Positions 62,706-64,000 of a stretch of DNA of 64,000 bases are shown piece after piece. A model generated the notes under the pieces. The model was not told where the DNA came from and did no database searches. It saw nothing but the letters and a program-made list of their open reading frames with translations. Made by a program: the position numbers and the translations under genes. Origin of the DNA: Glycera tridactyla (lineage: Eukaryota). The stretch lies in contig OZ286459.1 in assembly GCA_965644265.1 (NCBI GenBank), positions 88,226,001 through 88,290,000 on the forward strand, given 5' to 3'. Within the stretch, counting starts at the first letter, position 1; every line of letters starts with the position of its first letter.

Positions 62706-64000
62706 AAATGAATGAGTTTGTAGGGTTTACCGGTAATCTATAGTCGTTTGGTTTGGTTGGGAAAATATACCACTGATGTATAAAACCTATATCTCATATG
62801 TAATGCGCGCAGAAAATTACGCTGACCTTTGGTCTTGTGGAACGCTCCCATCAAATACCATGAATATGCGAGCACGCAATGGGGCATGAAGCTGCTGCTG
62901 TGGATTGCAACTGTAACATTTGTCGTGAGTGACAGTAGGTTTCTTCACATTAGGGGCAAGACGAAGGTATTTGTATGGATGCTGTCTAGATCAGGGCGAG
63001 TGGGTTTCCTTGTCTCTGTGAGGTGCGATTTAACTAGTGCCGCAACTCGCCACCAGATGCCGCTCGACATAGAATCGCACTCAGGTCCAAGACGAGGGGA
63101 AATAATCCGAATAGACAATGAAATCGGAATTCGTCCGGGCAGGTTCATTTGGATCCGCATGGTGGTTCAGGGAAGAGAAACTTCTGAATCAATTCACCTT
63201 CTATTTCCATATATGGGCCCGGTATTACCAACTAGTTAGCAAACCCAATAATGTGTCTTGGGGACACGTTGGTTTCCATGGGAACGTATTGTAATTCCGA
63301 GCACCTACGATGGAGGTGATTACACTTGGCCTTTAATGAAATTGACACAAACTCCAGTGAAAGCGACACCTGTCACTGAATATTTCTCTTTTCGCATCGA
63401 CACCATGTTTTCCTCAAAATCCCACTGCAATTCAAAATACATTCGCCAGATGTGATTCCACTCGCACTCAAGTGAGATAGGCACCAGACCGAATGGAATT
63501 TACACCTGTCACAGCATACACATGTTAGAGCATGTGAGACTCAAGTGAAACTGACACCCACTCTAATGAAATTGACTCGTGTCACTGCATATTTTGTCTT
63601 TGACATTCATGCTCCATTATGCACAATTTTCTATCAACGTCTTTCAACCCCCAGATATTTTTAGATGTTTTTTTACAAGCAGGGACGTGTGCACGGGCGA
63701 TGTACCTAGCCTGTAAACTCAACCATGATATACCAAGCTCTCGGCCCTTTTTGGTCATCTTGGATGTATGTATCTACTACATTATCCACATGGTAATGTA
63801 CATGGTGGGACATAAGGGCAAAATCCACCCCAGGGTCGACCCTAATAGCCATTCAGTGAGTTGCCCACCGGTCGGATTGACACCTACAGGCAACTGTTGG
63901 AAATGGGTGTTACAATCAAAATCCATGACACGGATAGACATAGCCTTTCCATACAGGGGATGTTTTCTTTTGATCCAGCCATACAGTAATTTCTCAGTGA

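Overview
Repeat-rich eukaryotic genomic DNA, probably from an invertebrate animal (microsatellites, eight N-runs, scattered exon-like segments, no prokaryotic operon structure). The main feature is an apparently intact ~10.4-kb non-LTR retrotransposon of the CR1/L2 group on the minus strand (~25400 to 14956) with an unusual three-ORF layout. ORF1 (1127 aa) has a disordered N-terminus, coiled coil, L1-type RRM/CTD-like region and Q/N/P-rich tail. It overlaps a separate SGNH/GDSL esterase ORF with all four catalytic blocks. A 2.8-kb non-coding spacer follows, carrying 12 copies of a conserved hairpin motif whose substitutions preserve pairing on the element's sense strand. ORF2 (APE endonuclease + reverse transcriptase, 979 aa) is uninterrupted and followed by a 3' stem-loop, AATAAA and a short tandem tail. 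The rest of the window holds a 32-copy 78-bp higher-order satellite, an 83-bp array with partial hammerhead motifs, 56-57-bp and 61-bp arrays, a decayed RTE LINE fragment, SINE/MITE-like fragments, one good host exon (six-cysteine PLAC/ShK-like module) and a candidate promoter near 54 kb. Family assignments come from motif recognition by eye; no database search was run.
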